The notes beneath the pieces were generated by a model. It saw only the letters and a program-made list of their open reading frames with translations, did not search any database and was not told where the DNA came from. The translations under genes were made by a program, and so were the position numbers. 40,302 nucleotides of DNA from Candidatus Delongbacteria bacterium (GTDB lineage Bacteria > UBA4055): the NCBI GenBank assembly GCA_016937995.1, contig JAFGVM010000071.1, positions 1-40,302 on the forward strand, written 5' to 3'. Below are positions 36,265 to 40,302 of the stretch, one piece after another; within the stretch, counting starts at the first letter, position 1, and every line of letters begins with the position of its first letter.

Positions 36265-39200
36265 ATGCGCTATTTGATATCAGTTTTTTTAACTATCTTC
36301 TTTATTTTACTGCAAGCTCAAGGCGTTCCTGAGGAAGAAGTTCTCACCGATTATTACCAAAGCGTAAAATCTATCAATACTAATCCTCAGATAAAAGTAC
36401 AACTCGGTCATTCTGAGCCAATAAATTCAGCAGTTTTCAGTCCTGATGGTAAATATATTGCTTCGGGTGGAAATGATAATTGCGTTAAATTATGGGATGT
36501 AAAGACCAGCAAAGAGATTTATACATTAAAAAATCATTCAAAAAAAGTTACTTCTGTTAAATTCTCTCCTGATGGTAAATACATTGCTTCAGGATCTGAA
36601 GACAAGACAATTGTTTTAGTTGACGTAATTACTCAAAAAGTGATCAGGCGATTCAAGGATCATGACTCAAGGATCCTTTCAATTGATTTTTCTCCGGATG
36701 GTACTCAGATCATTTCAGGATTTAGTGATGGCACTCTGATATTATTCAATGTACAAAATGGGAATACTATAAAAAAATACTTCACTCAGGACACAGATAT
36801 CAATGCAGTCGCTTTTTCTCCTGACGGAGATTCATTCGCTTCACTTTCTAAAGAAAATCTTAAAATATGGGAAAAGAATACCGATATAGCGATCAGAACT
36901 CTTTCTTCTGAAGTAAGCGGAAGAGGACTTGCATATTCACCCGACGGAAAATTTTTAGCTTCAAATGTAAAAGGCAACAAGATCAAGATATGGAAAGTAT
37001 CTTCCGGTAAAGAAATTAATACTTATGAAGATAACACATCTTTTATCAATACAATTTCATATTCCCCAAACGGCAAATATCTTGCATCAGGGTCTTCGAT
37101 TTTCGATAACTCTGTTAAGGTATGGAACCTAGAAACCGGATATTCTGCAAGTACCTACAGATTTTATGAAAGCGGAGTTACATCAGTTGCATTTTCGAAA
37201 GACAGCAAATTTTTATTGTCTGCTTCAGAGGATAAGACCATAGTATACTTTAATACCGATGATATAAGTAAAAGAATGACAATAAAAGGCCAATCAAGAT
37301 CGATCGAATGTCTGGCAATATCTGTTGACAATAAATATGTTATCGCAGGATCTAATGATAATACTTCAAAGATCTGGGATATTGGTCATGGAAAAGAAAT
37401 ATATGTTCTAAAAGGGCACTTATTGCCTGTGAAATGTGCTGATTTTTCTTCTGATGGAAAATATGCTGCAACTGGTTCCTGGGATAATACTATAAGAATA
37501 TACAATATGGCTAACGGAGAACATTTAAAAACACTCAAAGATCATACCGAATGTGTAACATCTATCTGCTTTTCACCTGATGGACAACTTCTTGTATCTG
37601 GTTCTAATGATAAAAAAGTAAAGATTTGGGATATTTCTACCGGAGAAGTAAAGTTCACATTCGATGAAGACTATTATGATATAAATATGGTAACATTTTC
37701 TTCTGACGGGCAATATATAGCTTTTTGTGGTGATGACAGAACTGTAAATGTCATGGATGTATACTCAGGGAGTAGAATTATTACGTATAAAGGACATAAC
37801 AATTCAGTTCATTCGGTCTCATTTACACCTGATAAAAGCAAAATTGTATCAGCAACATGGGGTGAATTAAATATCTGGGATAGTAATAGTGGAGAAACGA
37901 TCAAAACTTTAGACGGAAACTATAAGATCACTTTGTCACCGGATGGGAAATATGCTTTGTTAGGCAATAAAACCACACCTGATCTTGACCTTTTAGATTT
38001 GATCAACGATTCTAAAATAGTAACTTTGAAAAATTGTTCAATTGAAGCTAATTCCATGGCGATCTCATCAGATGGTAAATATGTAGTTTTGGGATCATTG
38101 GATGGGACACTAAACTACTGGGATGTAAAAAGCGGACAACTCATTTATTCAAGTATAATAACTGCCGATGGAGAGTATTTAAGCTGGACTCCGGAAGGTT
38201 TTTTCGCAGGGAATGAAGAACTGGCCAGAGAAACTGTTTACATCGTAAATAACATGAATATAATTGATATTGATCAGTTCTATGAACTATTCTACCGTCC
38301 TGATCTTCTTCAGGCAAAGATCGAAGGAAAAGATATTTCAAAATACAAAGTTAATATTGCAGATCTGTTGAACAACAACGGACTTCCACCTGAAGTGCAA
38401 TTTATAACTGAAGCAGGATATAGTGATAAAAGGGAAATTCAGTTAAGAATGAAAGTGAAAGACATGGGTGGCGGGATTGGAAATGTAACTTTATTTATAG
38501 ATGGAATGCCTGTTGCGATAAACCAGAAAGGACGGGGAATCAAGATCGTACAAAAGAAAAATGGAAATGAGGATTATAATTACGAAGCATTGATTACTCT
38601 TAGGTACGGAAAAAACAACATCGAACTTTCTGCATACAACAAAAGCAACAGTATTGAATCAAGAAAGTCTAAAATTGAAATTGTTTATGAATCGGAAAAG
38701 GTAAACAAGCCTGATCTGCATGTTTTCATGGTTGCAGTTGATAAATATCGAGATAAAGCCCTTTGGTTGAACTATTCTAAAAATGATGCTGATGCGGTAG
38801 GAAAAGCTTTCAGTGATAAATCAAAAAAGATATTTAACAAAATATCATTGTATAAACTGTATGATAATGAAGTAACCAAAGATCTGCTTTCTGCAAAATT
38901 TACAGAGATCGGGAAAAATATCAAACCTGACGATGTATTTATTTTCTACCTAGCAGGTCATGGTGTTACTAATGACAGTGATGGGGATTATTACTATCTT
39001 CCGTCTGATTTTAGATATACAGGCAGTGAAGCAATTGTTTCAGGTGGTATATCAAAGCAGATCATCATGGAAAATCTGTTAAAGATCAAAGCTCAGAAAT
39101 TGATCCTGCTATTTGACACTTGTAACTCAGGATCATTTATTGATAAACCTGCCAGCAGAGGTATATCAGAAAAAACTGCAATTGACAGATTGAAGAAAAC

Positions 39201-39465
39201 AATCGGAAGAGCTATCATCGTTGCCAGTTCTGAAAGCCAGGTAGCATTGGAAGGATTTGAAGACCATGGAGTTTTTACGTATGCATTAATTCAAGGTTTG
39301 CTTGGAAAAGCTGATTTTAACAAAAATGATCAGATAACTGTTGGTGAAATCACAATGTATGTAGAAAATGAAGTTCCTGAACTTACATATAAAAAATGGG
39401 GTTACGAGCAAATTCCTCAGAAAGTATTACCAAAACAGGACTTCCCTATCGGATTGGTAAAGTAA
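36265..39465 (+). CDS. WD40-repeat protein with C-terminal caspase-like (peptidase C14) domain
   Basis: Signal peptide; about 14 GH...FSPDG...SG..D..(V/I)K.WD repeats; catalytic dyad FYLAGHG and LFDTCNSG; HGVFTYAL, QIP. Confidence 0.92.
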   Translation: MRYLISVFLTIFFILLQAQGVPEEEVLTDYYQSVKSINTNPQIKVQLGHSEPINSAVFSPDGKYIASGGNDNCVKLWDVKTSKEIYTLKNHSKKVTSVKFSPDGKYIASGSEDKTIVLVDVITQKVIRRFKDHDSRILSIDFSPDGTQIISGFSDGTLILFNVQNGNTIKKYFTQDTDINAVAFSPDGDSFASLSKENLKIWEKNTDIAIRTLSSEVSGRGLAYSPDGKFLASNVKGNKIKIWKVSSGKEINTYEDNTSFINTISYSPNGKYLASGSSIFDNSVKVWNLETGYSASTYRFYESGVTSVAFSKDSKFLLSASEDKTIVYFNTDDISKRMTIKGQSRSIECLAISVDNKYVIAGSNDNTSKIWDIGHGKEIYVLKGHLLPVKCADFSSDGKYAATGSWDNTIRIYNMANGEHLKTLKDHTECVTSICFSPDGQLLVSGSNDKKVKIWDISTGEVKFTFDEDYYDINMVTFSSDGQYIAFCGDDRTVNVMDVYSGSRIITYKGHNNSVHSVSFTPDKSKIVSATWGELNIWDSNSGETIKTLDGNYKITLSPDGKYALLGNKTTPDLDLLDLINDSKIVTLKNCSIEANSMAISSDGKYVVLGSLDGTLNYWDVKSGQLIYSSIITADGEYLSWTPEGFFAGNEELARETVYIVNNMNIIDIDQFYELFYRPDLLQAKIEGKDISKYKVNIADLLNNNGLPPEVQFITEAGYSDKREIQLRMKVKDMGGGIGNVTLFIDGMPVAINQKGRGIKIVQKKNGNEDYNYEALITLRYGKNNIELSAYNKSNSIESRKSKIEIVYESEKVNKPDLHVFMVAVDKYRDKALWLNYSKNDADAVGKAFSDKSKKIFNKISLYKLYDNEVTKDLLSAKFTEIGKNIKPDDVFIFYLAGHGVTNDSDGDYYYLPSDFRYTGSEAIVSGGISKQIIMENLLKIKAQKLILLFDTCNSGSFIDKPASRGISEKTAIDRLKKTIGRAIIVASSESQVALEGFEDHGVFTYALIQGLLGKADFNKNDQITVGEITMYVENEVPELTYKKWGYEQIPQKVLPKQDFPIGLVK

Positions 39466-39473
39466 GGATGACT

Positions 39474-39506
39474 AAAAAGCCCGATCTAATTATCGGGCTT
39501 TTTTTT
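39474..39506. terminator. Bidirectional terminator between the convergent caspase and LRR genes
   Basis: AAAAA-GCCCGAT-CTAATT-ATCGGGC-T8. Confidence 0.87.
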
Positions 39507-39519
39507 ATTCAGTTTTTTA

Positions 39520-40302
39520 CTACCAAGAGACCATGATGCCCCTTGACTGCAGCTCTGGGATATATATATCTATAGATAGTGAATCCAGCGGATTAAAAGT
39601 TAGTTCAAGGTTTCCCAATCCTGCAAAATCCAAGTTTTGAACAAGCGGATAAATATCACTGACATTATTGTTCTCAAGATAAATGTTCCTGATTTTGGAT
39701 AAATTCCTGAATGCAGTTATATCAGTTACATTATTATTCCGGAGATTTACGTCGTTAAGTTCGCTAATATTACTCATTACAGTTATATCGTCAACCTGAT
39801 TGTCGTTCAGATCTAAATTGGTGATATTTGATAATAAATTCAAAGAAGTTATATCGCTTATATCGTTATTATCAAGCCTTAGAATTTTTATTCCGGTTAA
39901 ATTTTCAAGCGGAGTAATATCGGTGATCTGGTTTTGTGAAAAAATAATACCGGTTAAACCGGTTAAATTACTCAATGCGGTTATTTCTTCGATCTGATTG
40001 AAAGAAAAATCGACGTAATTAAGTGCGGTTAAATTTCGTAATGCTGAAATATCACTTATATTATTATATCCAATATCCAACAATTCTAATTCCGACAGTT
40101 CTTCCAGAGGAGATATATCTGAGATCAAATTTTTATCAAGGTGAAGAATTTTTAAATTTTTAAGATCACTGAGCTGAGTAAGATCGCTGATCTTATTTTC
40201 AAATAGATCAAGAGATTCAAGTGACCTGAAGTATTCCATACCTGAAAGATCAATGATATTCAAAATATAAGCTTCGAATTCAATAATATTCCCTATATCT
40301 GA
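39520..40302 (-). CDS. Internalin-like leucine-rich repeat protein, 5' end outside the window
   Basis: 22-aa LxxLxLxxNxIxDIxxLxxL repeats; frame stays open from TTG 40263 to the window edge (SDIGNIIEFEAYILN...). Confidence 0.88.
   Translation of the reverse strand, partial: SDIGNIIEFEAYILNIIDLSGMEYFRSLESLDLFENKISDLTQLSDLKNLKILHLDKNLISDISPLEELSELELLDIGYNNISDISALRNLTALNYVDFSFNQIEEITALSNLTGLTGIIFSQNQITDITPLENLTGIKILRLDNNDISDITSLNLLSNITNLDLNDNQVDDITVMSNISELNDVNLRNNNVTDITAFRNLSKIRNIYLENNNVSDIYPLVQNLDFAGLGNLELTFNPLDSLSIDIYIPELQSRGIMVSW

Noticed and set aside
39940-39975. ACCGGTTAA x2 tandem in the LRR gene
   Set aside because: Explained by the protein sequence LTGLTG; in frame and unremarkable
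345-39997. Short antisense or overlapping ORFs in the track (e.g. 554..838, 9387..9836, 19921..20331, 28133..28423)
   Set aside because: They are shadows of well-supported genes, with no RBS or protein motifs

Overview
AT-rich, gene-dense bacterial chromosome segment (standard code), about 30 CDS and one tRNA-Met. I saw no integrase, transposase, CRISPR array or rRNA. LptF/LptG, lipoproteins, a T9SS/FlgD-type C-terminal domain and a long-form urocanase suggest a diderm FCB-group organism, possibly Delongbacteria/Cloacimonadota-like (inference). Left to right: a four-gene uncharacterised membrane operon headed by a DUF6754 protein; a beta-propeller lipoprotein; tRNA-Met; htrA-psd-pssA-ribE-ribBA-methyltransferase; ABC-F; hutU-patB; a 75-aa orphan; M18 and M14 peptidases; dapH; lptF-lptG-polysaccharide deacetylase; tricorn protease; DUF3592; a 1039-aa GNAT; an XRE-cupin regulator plus a beta-decarboxylating dehydrogenase; a GLUG surface protein; a WD40-caspase; and an LRR protein cut by the window edge. 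The best candidate for an undescribed system is the DUF6754 operon, which looks like two paralogous protein pairs inserted in opposite membrane orientations, i.e. a putative pseudo-symmetric transporter or channel. Second is a strand- and position-specific heptamer repeat family found just after stop codons, with a related tract inside one coding linker. All family calls come from motif recognition by eye; no database search was run.
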